This document shows positions 1 through 10,724 of a stretch of DNA of 64,000 bases, piece after piece (the stretch's first letter is position 1; every line of letters starts with the position of its first letter). The stretch comes from Candidatus Omnitrophota bacterium (GTDB taxonomy: Bacteria > Omnitrophota > Gorgyraeia > Zapsychrales > Fredricksoniimonadaceae). The position numbers and the translations under genes were made by a program. The notes beneath the pieces were generated by a model. The model was not told where the DNA came from, made no database searches, and saw only the letters and a list, made by a program, of their open reading frames with translations. The DNA lies in NCBI GenBank assembly GCA_015232565.1, contig JADFZK010000003.1, forward strand, positions 540 to 64,539, written 5' to 3'.

Positions 1-235
1 ATTAAAATGTTAAATTATAAAAGATACCGCCTCGAGGACTTGACAGCACAAAGATTCGAAGAATTTTCATTGGTGTGCACTTACTGAACGGAAGATGTTT
101 CTGATGACGCAGATAATCTCCTGACTTGATCCGCTCCCTGGAATCCTTCGATCTCGCCGACCATTGAATTGAACTGCAAGTATAATTTTCTGGCTTTTTA
201 GCCTGCATAATGTATACTTGATGTAGACATTTAGA

Positions 236-242
236 TGGAGGG
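236..242 (+). promoter_or_regulatory. Shine-Dalgarno-like GGAGGG 6 nt upstream of the ATG at 248; a TATAAT hexamer at 181-186 could be the -10 element
   Basis: Sequence read directly; no convincing -35 element at 17-nt spacing. Confidence 0.3.
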
Positions 243-247
243 CAGTT

Positions 248-487
248 ATGCAAACCAGTGTTGTGGATCTTCGTTATCGAATGAAGGATGTACTAAAGGC
301 CTTAACGCGCCGGGAAAGGGTGCAGATCCTTTATCATGGGCGGATCAAGGGCGAGATTATTCCGGCAGGCGAGCCGGCGGCAGTCCCGGTTACGGCCCAT
401 CCCTTCTGCGGGATGTATTGCGATGACGTTCGACCGGTCAACGCGGTAATGGCCGAACTGCGAAAAGGGCGCTATCGTGCTCTTTGA
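248..487 (+). CDS. Small antitoxin-like protein (79 aa) upstream of and overlapping a VapC gene; putative VapB-type partner
   Basis: ORF with RBS; its stop overlaps the start of the downstream PIN gene (ATGA-type overlap at 477-487), as is typical of type II TA operons. Confidence 0.5.
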   Translation: MQTSVVDLRYRMKDVLKALTRRERVQILYHGRIKGEIIPAGEPAAVPVTAHPFCGMYCDDVRPVNAVMAELRKGRYRAL

Positions 488-905
488 TACCGATGTCCTT
501 ATCTGGATTCAGCGCGGGAACCTCAAGGCGTCTCACGCGGTGGAACAGGCCGATGAACGCGTTATTTCTGCCCAGACATATATGGAATTACTGCAGGGAG
601 CGTCCAACAAACAGCAGCAACATTACATCAAATCATTTTTGACTGATTACAGCTTCAGCATTATGGCGTTCACGGAGAATATCGGCCATCGGGCGATGAT
701 CTATATCGAGCAGTTCTCCCTGTCTCACGGAATGACCTCTGGCGACGCCATCATTGCGGCCACAGCGGCTGAGAACGATCTCGTCCTTCTCTCCGGTAAC
801 AGTAAGCATTTCAACCAATTGTCAGACATAAAGTTTAAAGTCTTCCGCCCTTCGTATCGGCGGTGGCGAGTTCGGCGAAATGCAAACACAATACAGAATG
901 ATTAA
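477..905 (+). CDS. vapC: PIN-domain VapC-family toxin
   Basis: N-terminal MLFDTDVLIW, acidic residues, and C-terminal GDAIIAATA...LLSGNSKHF motif typical of VapC; the 3' extension to 905 may exceed the true protein. Confidence 0.7.
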   Translation: MLFDTDVLIWIQRGNLKASHAVEQADERVISAQTYMELLQGASNKQQQHYIKSFLTDYSFSIMAFTENIGHRAMIYIEQFSLSHGMTSGDAIIAATAAENDLVLLSGNSKHFNQLSDIKFKVFRPSYRRWRVRRNANTIQND

Positions 906-977
906 TGCGGCTCTATCGCAGCTATGTCTGGAATTCTCTATGCGGGAAAAGATAATCAATGATATAATTCATTCAAC

Positions 978-1353
978 ATGAAAAAGATCTACATTGAAAC
1001 AACAATTCCCAGTTTCTATTTTGAAACACGTTCCGATCCGGAAATGATCGCCATGCGGCGCTGGACAAGATACTGGTGGGATAATTATAGTCACCAATAT
1101 GAAATGGTAACAAGCGAAGCCGTATTTGAAGAGTTAAATCAAGGCGAGTTTTCCTTCAAAAAAGATGCCCAGGAACCCCAAAGGCGACGCCTTACATCTG
1201 GCACTGGCAACTCATCATAAATGCGATTTCTTATTAACATGGAATTGCAATCATTTGGCAAACCCCAATAAATTCATTCACCTAAACGCCGTCAATGCAC
1301 TTTTAGGCTATTTAACACCACAATTAACAACACCATTTGCGATGTCAGGATAA
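978..1353 (+). pseudogene. PIN-like nuclease-domain gene split by a frameshift (frames 978-1220 and 1165-1353)
   Basis: Two overlapping ORFs together give one PIN-like protein (…DALHLALATHHKCDFLLTWNCNHLAN…); the frame change is near 1165-1220. Confidence 0.4.
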
Positions 1354-1665
1354 GGCCATGAAAAATAATGCCACTATCTCAGCGATCAGAACAACAAGAA
1401 ATAATATTTCAGCGAAGTTTGAACACAATACAGAAAAATTAGTGCGGCACTACATGAAACTACAAGAGAAACAAGGGCATAAAATCCTTAAAGCTTCTGC
1501 CAGTTTCGCACACAACTAAACCTTTTACGGAACCTGCGCGCCCTCCTGACAGCCTGCCGTTTTGACCTATTTACTATGGCTTCCGTCGCACAATGGGGGC
1601 GTCCTGGTCTGTTTGCATACACAGAAATATACAGTCCTGGTTTCCTTGACTCGGCCACTGCGTTC

Positions 1666-2313
1666 CTACTTGATGGCCGTTTTGGACGACATTGAAACTC
1701 CGAGATCCTGGAACTCCACCGACAGCTTGCTAATGGCGTCTTTCAGCGGAACAGCGTGGCTGGTGGCCCGCGCCGCGACATCCTTGATAGCCGACAGGCC
1801 TCCGCTGGTAAGATCGACGGATAGAAACTTTTGCACGTCCCGCAGATCAGACATATACGGAATGAAAGCGGCCTTGGCTGCATCGTAACGTTGAGTGATA
1901 CGGTCAAACTGCGCGGCGACTTCGTTCTTTCGGGCTTCACTGCGATGCCGGATGTCCTCATTTTTGATCATAGCCATTTCTTTGTCCCAGTCCTTGAAAT
2001 ATGCCGCACCCTGCAGTTTCATTTGCTCATCTTTAACGGTAACATCCCTGGCCGTCAGGCCCAGCTCGTTAACGGCACTATTGAAAGCCTTAAACTGCTT
2101 GCGCAGGTCGAGGTTGGGATTCAAGACCAGATCGTTCAAAGTGGAAAGCGTTTCATCGATAAGAACATTACCTCTGGCGGTGATCTCGGCAGACCGGTTT
2201 AACGCCGTAGCAGTGCTGGCGGCTTTCTCATACCCGGTAGTGGCACAGCCAACGACAGACCCAACGGCCACAACGCTTACAAATAACCCGATAATCAGTC
2301 TTTTAGTTTTCAT
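1666..2313 (-). CDS. Lipoprotein of unknown function (signal peptide with lipobox VVGC)
   Basis: MKTKRLIIGLFVSVVAVGSVVGC N-terminus; clean ORF with stop at 1666; lies outside the giant open frame. Confidence 0.65.
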   Translation of the reverse strand: MKTKRLIIGLFVSVVAVGSVVGCATTGYEKAASTATALNRSAEITARGNVLIDETLSTLNDLVLNPNLDLRKQFKAFNSAVNELGLTARDVTVKDEQMKLQGAAYFKDWDKEMAMIKNEDIRHRSEARKNEVAAQFDRITQRYDAAKAAFIPYMSDLRDVQKFLSVDLTSGGLSAIKDVAARATSHAVPLKDAISKLSVEFQDLGVSMSSKTAIK

Positions 2314-2465
2314 AGGTTCCCTTTTGTTAAGTTTAACCAAAGATCAAGCCGTCCCTCGACCAGCTTTACTGATTGATCCTAAGAGATTATCCAGGAGGAA
2401 TCAATTGTACTCAGGTGTAATAGCTAAAAGCTCGCGGGTACTTATCTTCAACAAAAAGTGCGCCC

Positions 2466-2536
2466 TTCATTCCGGAAACGTTAAGTATTTAAAACAATTG
2501 TCCGACATTAAGTTTAAAGTCTACCACCCTGTGTGA
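2466..2536 (+). pseudogene. Remnant of a VapC C-terminus (NVKYLKQLSDIKFKVYHPV*)
   Basis: Near-identical to the C-terminus of the 477-905 VapC (NQLSDIKFKVFRP), with no upstream PIN body in frame. Confidence 0.4.
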
Positions 2537-2581
2537 TGGCTGATGGCGTTTTCGATAAGATACGAACATAATGTGAGCGAA

Positions 2582-2950
2582 TTAGTGCGGCACTACGTGG
2601 ACTCGCCCGGCCTTGAATTTAATGCGTAACGCAAAACGATTGTTTTCGTTAAGGCAGATCACATCTCCGCCACAGGCGCTGATGGATTGAATGATAGCGG
2701 CTATTTGCGCTCCTGTGGCCGATGTTAGTTTCTCGAGCCGCTTGTCAGGCAGAGCGTTTATCACAAGATCACAAACCGCGTTGTCGCCATCCCGGTACGC
2801 TTCAACAAATAACTCCAGTGAAGTGTTTCTTATGCACTCCTGGAACAGTTCGCCCAATATCGCTGAGAACAAGCTTTGCAAATAACTCACGTCTAACAAA
2901 GCCCCGCAATACTCCCGGCGGCACAACGCCGCCCCCCAATGAATACCCAC
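2582..2950 (-). CDS. Hypothetical protein (122 aa)
   Basis: Clean ORF with stop codon; no family recognised. Confidence 0.35.
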   Translation of the reverse strand: MGIHWGAALCRREYCGALLDVSYLQSLFSAILGELFQECIRNTSLELFVEAYRDGDNAVCDLVINALPDKRLEKLTSATGAQIAAIIQSISACGGDVICLNENNRFALRIKFKAGRVHVVPH

Positions 2951-3002
2951 CTTGACCTGCGCCTAATAACCTTGTATATTTGAAGTCAGGTGAATACCCA
3001 TA

Positions 3003-3107
3003 ACACAACATCTGCAAGCAACATAAGAACAGGGACCACTTTGACCGGCGACGCCCTTGCTCCTTACCAAGCCTCAAAAGGTCCTGCCGGCCAGAAAGGA
3101 TCGTGAT
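3003..3107 (+). pseudogene. Decayed copy of the DUF104-like antitoxin gene (intact paralog at 6247-6468), interrupted by an in-frame TAA
   Basis: Nucleotide similarity to 6247-6350 (…caacatctgcaagcaacataagaacagggacc… vs …caacttttgcaagccacatacgaacagggaca…). Confidence 0.35.
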
Positions 3108-3284
3108 ATGAAAAAATGCACCAATTCTCCCAGGAAAGAAGCCCTGGCTGCCATTAAAAGAATGCGTGAGCTTGCCCACCGGATCCCTTCCCGCTTCACA
3201 AGAATGACCAAAGAACAGATAATTCTTAAACTGCGCGAATCCCGTGAGAAGTTGTGGGAGGAACACATTGCGCATCATTCTTGA
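3108..3284 (+). CDS. Small antitoxin-like protein (paralog of 31270-31440 and 32077-32256)
   Basis: MKKCTNSPRKEALAAIKRMRELAHRIP…KEQIILKLRESREKLWEEH; conserved K(D/E)QIIAKLR.SREKLW motif shared with the two paralogs, each lying upstream of a PIN gene. Confidence 0.5.
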   Translation: MKKCTNSPRKEALAAIKRMRELAHRIPSRFTRMTKEQIILKLRESREKLWEEHIAHHS

Positions 3285-3679
3285 TACCAATGAATTCCTG
3301 TTCGCCCTAGGGAAAGAACGCCAAACGGCTTCTGAAAAAAGTCCTGGATATCCTTATCGGGAACGAGAAATATTCTCTTTTCATACCCAGGATCATTTTT
3401 CGCGAAGTCCGCAATAATCTGGCTCCCATCTCTTTCAGGGAGTTCATCAAAATCACCGCCATTGCTCGAGTTGATGAAGATATCGTGATCCCTTTCTCCC
3501 TGGCCCACAAATACACCGCGCTTGGACTCAAGAACGCCGATGCGGGGATTGCCGCATACGCCGAATACATCCAGGCAGATATCCTGGTCAGTGAAAACCG
3601 GCACTTCCTCAGCAGCCAAGCAAACCTGCCCTTCAAAGTTCTTACCGCCGAAAAAACATTAAGACTAATAAACAAATGA
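3265..3679 (+). pseudogene. PIN-domain toxin gene, frameshifted (paralog of 31418-31828)
   Basis: N-terminus LRIILDTNEFLFALGKE in one frame; C-terminus …GIAAYAEYIQADILVSENRHFLSSQANLPFKVLTAEKTLRLINK* in another; matches the intact paralog. Confidence 0.5.
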
Positions 3680-3712
3680 ATCTTTGAATTTGAGCCCGGG
3701 CAGGCTCTAAAG

Positions 3713-3955
3713 ATGAAAGGACTTGCCATGAATATCAAAATTGTTCTGGAAAAAGGTGACGACGGATATATCGTTGCGAGCGCCCCTGCACTGACGGGAT
3801 GTTTCAGCCAGGGAAAGACGCAAAAAGAAGCCGTGGCCAACATTAAAGAAGCCATTGAGCTGTATCTGAAGCCCAATTCAAAGACCATCCGCCCCGCACA
3901 CAACACGCACTCCTTGGCAAAGGCTTCGTTTTCTTCATCGGGGCTTTCGGGATAG
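3713..3955 (+). CDS. hicB: HicB-like (UPF0150) antitoxin
   Basis: MNIKIVLEKGDDGYIVASAPALTGCFSQGKTQKEAVANIKEAIELYL matches the HicB N-terminal domain; paralogs at 31832 and 49171. Confidence 0.5.
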   Translation: MKGLAMNIKIVLEKGDDGYIVASAPALTGCFSQGKTQKEAVANIKEAIELYLKPNSKTIRPAHNTHSLAKASFSSSGLSG

Positions 3956-6135
3956 GCCATGACTCGCGCTTCGTGAATAAGAGTCAGAAGAAGTTCTTGA
4001 CGGAGGGATTGATCGGAAAGCAGTAGCGCATCGAAATACAAAATGTCGTTACGGAACGTTGCCCAGATAAAACTAAAAGGACCGGAACGGATCTCGATCG
4101 TATCACGAATGTGGATCAAGGCCTTCACAACACACGAATCGCGCGATCCCACGCCAGCAACGGCTTCATCACAAACCCGACGGAAATGCTCATCCCGCAC
4201 AAACACCCCTGGCGCACACTTCGCCAGATCCACGCCAATATTCGCCTCACCAGCATCCTGGCCCTTCTTCGCCCGATGCGGGTCGCGCTGACCTGGCGCG
4301 TCAGCCTGGCGTGTAAGAGCTTTTCGTTTTGCGCGTACTTCCCTGGCGAACAAACGCCTCAGTTCATTAGCCGAGGTAATGCCCTGAGCTTGGGCGGCTT
4401 TTAGAACAATGCCGACTTCCTTTACATACCAGGCCTGCCACCAGGCCATGTGGCGGCATTCTTCAAGAGAAGACAGAAAGATCTTCAACTCATCAGTCAT
4501 GGTCGAGCCCGCACGGTATATATTCCCCTCTCGACACGCCCGATACGGCGCGAAGAATGCAAGACCATAATAAGCGAACATAGAACGGGTGTGATTCTCC
4601 AGCAATGTCTGATAAAAAGCCGGATCCGAAAAGTCATCCTCTAACAAATATCCTGTTACCAGCACAAATGGCAAGACGTGGTCGAATTCGTGAACATCCG
4701 GAGTAAAATGAATCGTGTATCGAAAAGTTTCGTACGCGATCTGCTCATGCGCCGCGCGTACGCGCGCAAACGCCTGGAACAGTTCCTGATCACCCGCAAG
4801 CGCCTCCAGCAAACCTTTGAGATCCTCCGGGTTCCAAAGATCTTTTTGACCAACGCTGATCAATCCCGGAAAATGCACACAAGGATAAACAGCCGCCAGC
4901 CTTGATCCAATTCCATTGTCGAAGGGATCCAGCCCCGCCTGATTCCAAATCGCCCATTCCAGCAAAAAGCCCAGCACGGAATAACAATCCTCATTACGAC
5001 CACCTTTTAACACCAGATCATAACCTTTATTGAAAAACGCCCGATGAAACCGAACAACCGACAACGGATCAAAACTGCTGTTCCATCTGATCAACGCCGG
5101 ATCTGCGAGCAAACCGCGGATCTGCTTCTTAAATTTCCGCTTCCAGGCAGAAACCGCTTGCAAGCCTTCCTCGGTGGCCGTCAACGCCGCTACATCAAGA
5201 TAAGCCGGCAAAGCGGAAGACGACGGCGATCTTACAAGCCTGGCCGGGATAGCAGAACTCGCCGGCACAACACTACCGCAGACATCGGATATTTCTTGAG
5301 CAAACGCACGCAAGGCTTGCGCGCGCCATTTCTCTACAATTGCTATTAACTGCTCTGGAGAACTAGTGAAGAAAGCTTCAGACAACTCGCTATGTGCCGC
5401 GGGCAATAATTCATCGGCCTTAAATATCGCAATGAGCTCCTCCAGACGCGCCCGCGACGCGCCTGATTGCGGCACTGCCCGCAAGAACTCCAGGTTACGG
5501 ACATTGATCTCTTTGCCGTACCTGATCTTCAACTGAAAACGTTCAAACGCTCCCAGGAAGATTGCCGGCACATCTTCAGCGGTAATAAGTTCGAGATCGC
5601 TTCTTTGTGAATAAACAGCCATCGCCCAGGCAACGGCATACGCGCCCCGGGCATAGGCAATAAACTCTTCACGCGAGCGGCCATCCATCCCGCCCGACTC
5701 CTCCAGGCCACGCCAGCTGATCAACAGCGTTGCCCACTCCTGATCCAGATGCCCGTTGGCATAAAATGGCCGAACAAAAACCTTGAGCAAAGTATCATTC
5801 GCGTTGCGCGCATGAAAGAACGCATCCGCTGCCGCCAACTTTTCTGCTTCGGACAATTGATCGACCTCATCAAAGACAGCCCGGATGTAATCAGGCGGAT
5901 CAGTAATGAACCAACGCACTACCTCAACAACATCGGGATATTTCCTGGCGAACACCTGGAACCACGCCGATTCCAGCAATGCCTTGCGCGGCGCCAGCCT
6001 GCTACTTTCCGAACCGGGCACCAGCATCATCGGCAATACAAAACATAGAACAACCACCAGCAAGACTGCCGTACCAGGAAAACTCTCCAACAGGCCTGAC
6101 TGGCCCTGGCCCCTTAAGGGGAGCCGGCAACCCAT
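3890..6135 (-). CDS. Membrane-anchored protein with C-terminal conserved ~125-aa module (copy A, about 3900-4290)
   Basis: ATG at 6135-6133 (MGCRLPLRGQ… then hydrophobic segment); C-terminal DPHRAKKGQDA…LIHEARVMAYPES.DEENEAFAKECV module; boundaries approximate because no stop exists. Confidence 0.45.
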
Positions 6136-6246
6136 TGTAAGCAGGGCCACAGGTAACAACAAAATTGCCCCTAACAGCCTTTGCAACGAACACCCGCCTT
6201 GACCTGCGCTTAATAACCGTGTATATTTGAAGCGAGGTAGATAATT

Positions 6247-6468
6247 ATGACGCAACTTTTGCAAGCCACATACGAACAGGGACAACTGAAACCGACGACT
6301 CCTTTGCTCCTTGCCGAGCATCAAAAGGTTCTGCTGGCCCTGATCCTTACTAACGACGACACTCCCGGGCTTTTTTTGTCCAAACTGGCTGAAAAATCGG
6401 AAAGTTATAAGTTTCTTGATAACCCCGCAGAGAACATTTACTCGATCTCCGATGGATATGACGTATAA
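6247..6468 (+). CDS. DUF104-like antitoxin
   Basis: MTQLLQATYEQGQLKPTTPLLLAEHQKV…; lies upstream of and overlaps the MazF-like gene. Confidence 0.5.
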   Translation: MTQLLQATYEQGQLKPTTPLLLAEHQKVLLALILTNDDTPGLFLSKLAEKSESYKFLDNPAENIYSISDGYDV

Positions 6469-6823
6469 CGCTCGCGCTCTGAACTGCCTTACCCGCGGCG
6501 ATATAATTCTGGTTCCCTTCCCTTTTACAGATCTCTCCTCAACAAAAGTGCGTCCTGCAGTTGTTCTTTCTATCAATGAACAAAACGATATTATTATTGC
6601 TTTTATCTCCTCAGTCACCGAACACATCACTCCTTGTGACCTTCTTTTGAATGCCGACAACAAAGATTTCCCGTTAACCGGATTAAAGAAGTCTTCCGTT
6701 TTTAAAATGAACAAACTTCTGACAATCTCTTCTGCGCTCATCTTAAGGCGCCTGGGATCCGCAAGTCCCGCTCTGCAAAACAAACTTGATACCCTTCTTA
6801 AAAAAGCCCTCAATCTAACCTGA
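6461..6823 (+). CDS. MazF/PemK-family toxin
   Basis: RGDIILVPFPFTDLSSTKVRPAVVLS motif. Confidence 0.6.
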   Translation, partial: TYNARALNCLTRGDIILVPFPFTDLSSTKVRPAVVLSINEQNDIIIAFISSVTEHITPCDLLLNADNKDFPLTGLKKSSVFKMNKLLTISSALILRRLGSASPALQNKLDTLLKKALNLT

Positions 6824-7049
6824 ACAAAACGAATGTTCCTGCTGGCAACAACGGGTTCGACTGCCATCGATAACAATACGCAAATACCAAGAACCATACC
6901 CAGCAATATCGCCACGCCAAACGGGCTCCCGGACAAGCAACCCATGGTAAACACGGCAAGCAATATCAGCGTGCAAGACCTGCCTATGTGTCCACCATCA
7001 TTACCACTTACAACACGCATCTTTTTATTTATGAGATAAAACAACCCGG

Positions 7050-8979
7050 AACAATGCAGTTTTACGGTAGCTACATCCCAGCCGGCATATGCATTGCGCA
7101 GAATTGAGATTATCCATTCTTTATCTTTGTGACTGTTCCATAACAAAGCTAAGGCGTTATCCTTAAGCAATCTTGGCAGATGCCAAGCCAGCCAGGATAA
7201 AACACGGCCTTTCTCGCCATCCCAGAACTGTTGATACCTTACCGGCGCATCCCCTTGTGACGTACACGAACCGATCTTGGGCATATTCCACAAAAAGCGG
7301 TCAAATTGTCGATCAAAAACCAAAGCGCCATCTACACTTGCAATATTGTTGTGCAAGCGGGCTTCAACAGCAATCCCCGCGATACGCGCCATTATCCTCA
7401 CGCTACTCACTTCAAAAGGATTGATCCCGAAAGTCCAGACCGGTCTGCCCGTCTTATGCGCCACCAGCCAGACCTCCAAGCCCAGGCCCGGCCCACCCAC
7501 CAGAACATCCTGGCCGGCACTTAAATTCAAGGCCTCGTCTTGCCATAGATACGGTAAATACACCTTGGCTTCCGGCAAAAGATAATAAACCGTTGGCAAT
7601 ATCGGCAACGTAAGCATAAGGGCATTTGGATCAACACAACAAATCTTCTCTAAAACGGACGACCCTGCGGTCAATTCTGGCGCTTGAAATGTTCTAAACT
7701 CGCAATATCCTGTGTCCCGAGAAATTTTGACAAATAGCCACATCCCCTCACCACTATTAAGCGCCAGCATGCGCCCGTAGAAACCATGTGCGGGCATTAA
7801 CCGGTATTCCTTAAGGACCTTGTTGTCCTGTGCCCATTGACTGCCAAAGGCCAGCCATTGCGCCCTTCTTTCATCTTCCCCGCCAGGAAGCGGCATAAAA
7901 TAATACGCGGCCAGGTCGATATAGCGATAATCAGACACAAATCCGTTAGGTAGATCACGCGCAACGTCAGCGGGAATAACCGGGAAAATAGCGATCATCC
8001 GGCCCTGATAAAATACAAGTTCGAACGTATCGGTCTTGCCCAGTTCCTGCGGAAGGATCGTTAGTCCCAAAGCCCGTCCCGGCTCTGGCGGCAACAATAA
8101 TGACACCGGAAGCTTGATCGTCCAAACGCGCAAACACGCCCCGCCCTCCACGGACAAAGCGCGATCGGCAGTAACATACTCACGCACTTTCGTGAGATCC
8201 GCTAAACCCAACACCTCCAGGATCTCCCGCACCGGTAAAGGCTGTTCTGCCAAACTTATAAGACCAGTTTGCCATTCCGGAACAACAGCAAGAGAATCCG
8301 GCGCCTTCCAGGGCAATGGCGTTACCTGGCCCATCAATAAACGCGACAGCATGAGCAGCCTTTGATAACCAAAAAGCTTGACAAAACAAAAACACTTTGA
8401 TAATTTATCAAATGACTTCGCCCCCCATGAAGCCAGCGCAGACCCAACGTCCAATTGACAACGCTTTGAAAGAATGCTAAATTCCGAATAAACAACGGGA
8501 GCCGCCATGAAATCCAACAGCGCCATCAATGCAGACTTTGTAACCCGGAACTTTGCTCGTTTGGCGCGTAAATATCCGCGCCGTTCGATTGTTGTTTCCA
8601 ACGGCAAGGTCTTTACCGGCAAGAACGCCGTTGCGCAAGCGCGGCTGACCTTCCCAAAGATCACGCCAATGTTACTCACCATTCCTCGCAAAGAACTATT
8701 CACCCACGGCTTTCTATTAAGATCAATCTGATCGGCCAGCGCGATATTTTTGACCGCTTCGATATCACCTTCAGCAAGCAACGCAACTCGCTTTTTATGA
8801 CTCCAGTCTAGGCAAATACAGGAACGAGCTTCTCGCGCGACACAACCGGCGTCCTGCCACACTTCAGCCAATCTTCCTGCAAAATTATAGTAAATAGCCA
8901 GCGAGAGAAGCGCGCAATTACCAACCATCACCCCCAATAAAATAACTGCACCAAACAGGCTGCCCGATAGACAGCCCAT
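7050..8979 (-). CDS. Membrane or lipoprotein-like protein with Rossmann/spermidine-synthase-like region (VLVGGPGLGLEVWLVAHKTG at about 7440-7500)
   Basis: ATG at 8979-8977 verified by translation (MGCLSGSLFGAVILLGV…); 3' end approximate; a 45-aa paralogous N-terminal fragment starts at ATG 6945. Confidence 0.4.
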
Positions 8980-9384
8980 GGTAAGCAAGGCCACGGGCAA
9001 AAGAGCAGCGACAGCCAAGCGGGAAATCCCGAGGTAAGAATTTCCCCGAACCAAAGCAACATTCTCGACCGTGCCCAGCACCGCATGGATCACGGCCACC
9101 CCGGCCTTACACAGCTCTTCATGCGTTGGCCTGACAAACGGACGATGAGCCTGCACCAGCGATTCTCCACTGGTGGTGAACAGCGCCCAAAGAGCGTGTT
9201 GCGGCATATTGGGATATTCATAGAAATCCCGCGTTCTTCCCAGGGCTGGATCGTAAAAACCAACAGCTATTTGCCGAGCATGCATAGCCAACACCAAAGA
9301 GAACCAGTCTGGATAATTGTCCAGTCTAAACACATTAGGACCAACTGCCTCGTCCGGCGAATTAAGCCTCCGTTGAGCTAACGC

Positions 9385-10722
9385 CCGCCCCGGGCACAAT
9401 ACGCACGCCTCGGCGAAGGCTTCGTTTTCTTCATCGGTGCTTTCGGGATAGGCCATGACCCGCGCTTCGTGGATAAGCGTCAGAAGAAGTTCTCGACGGA
9501 GGCTTGGGTCGGAGAGAAGCGCCGCGTCGCAATACAAAATTCCATTTCGGAAAGTTGCCCAGATAACATTAAATGGGCCGGAACGGATCTCGACCGTGTC
9601 ACGGATGCGGACCAGGGCCTCCGCAACATGCGAATCGCGCGATCCCACGCCAGCAATGTCTTCATTACAAGCCTGACGGAAATAATCATTCCGCACAAAC
9701 GCCGTCGGCGCACACCGCGCCAGATCCAGGCCAACATTCGTTTCGCTGGCATCCTGGCCTTTCTTGGCCCGGTGCGGATCCCGCGCTCCCTCATTATTTG
9801 TTATTCTACGACGATTCTCGACCAGGACCGGATTATCAAGCTCGTTGGCTATACTTTTGGCGATCTCACAGATCTGGGACAGGATCTGACTAATACGACT
9901 TGCCGTTACCCCCGCGCCTTCTCCTAATTCTCCCAGCTTCTTGCATTGCGGTCGACCATCATACTCGGCCAATAGATAATCCAGGACCAATTGCATTCCC
10001 TTATTATTGCCATACAGCCGTTTAATTCGGGCCCGCAGACCTTCGGTCACTCCCTTCACACCATCCACAACATCCTGCAAGAACAACTGGCGGGAACGAT
10101 CTTCCTGCATATCACTATCCCCGGCCGCCATCTCCCAAAACAAGGATTCATTAGGAGCTTCCGAATCATCACCCTGTACCGGCGCATCTACAGACACCGA
10201 ATGCAATAAACACCCCGCTTCCAGCGTCCCCGCGCGCTTCTTGGCAATTGCACCCCTGGGCAAATAAACGGTCCCGCTAAAACTTCGAAAGAAATCCACC
10301 AGAGCGCCTTCGGCCCGTCTTTTGGCAAAAGTGTCCAATGACGCATCGCTGGTAAAGTTATATCGCTTTACAGCCTCAATATATCCAGCTTGAACAATAT
10401 GCAACCACTCCTGAAGATCGGCCCCCGCAAATGATTTATTAAAATGCCTGTAAACGATCTTCATCAGATCCGGTTTCTTCAGTTCCAGAATAGCCACAAC
10501 CGCCTCTTCATCCCCCTCATTTATCAACACCGCCAATTGCACATCCGAAAGCGTTCCCAGATGAGCCTTCCAGTCTGTAAATGAATAACCTTTCTCCCTG
10601 AATAACTGCCGTGCTTCTGGCGCTAAAGCTGGAGGCACTGAAGTCTGGTCTTTTACTGCCGAACCCACATCAACTGCCGTTGGCTCTCCAACGGGAAGCG
10701 GCGCCAGGATCTCCTTCTCCAT
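9385..10722 (-). CDS. Sigma-70 family factor carrying C-terminal conserved module (copy B, about 9400-9790)
   Basis: ATG at 10722-10720 (MEKEILAPLPVGEP…) verified; region-2-like AVVAILELKKPDLMKIVYRHF…YIEAVKRYNF and region-4-like GVTASRISQILSQI, followed by the DPHRAKKGQDASETNV… module. Confidence 0.55.
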
Positions 10723-10724
10723 AA

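Noticed and set aside
1-253. 83-aa minus-strand ORF at the window start
   Set aside because: No recognisable family; lies in the probable promoter and leader region of the VapBC operon; probably non-coding.
2802-3290. 162-aa minus-strand ORF
   Set aside because: Antisense to the decayed antitoxin remnant and the intact small antitoxin gene on the plus strand; it contains the same KYTRLLGAGQGG antisense signature seen opposite the 6247 antitoxin.
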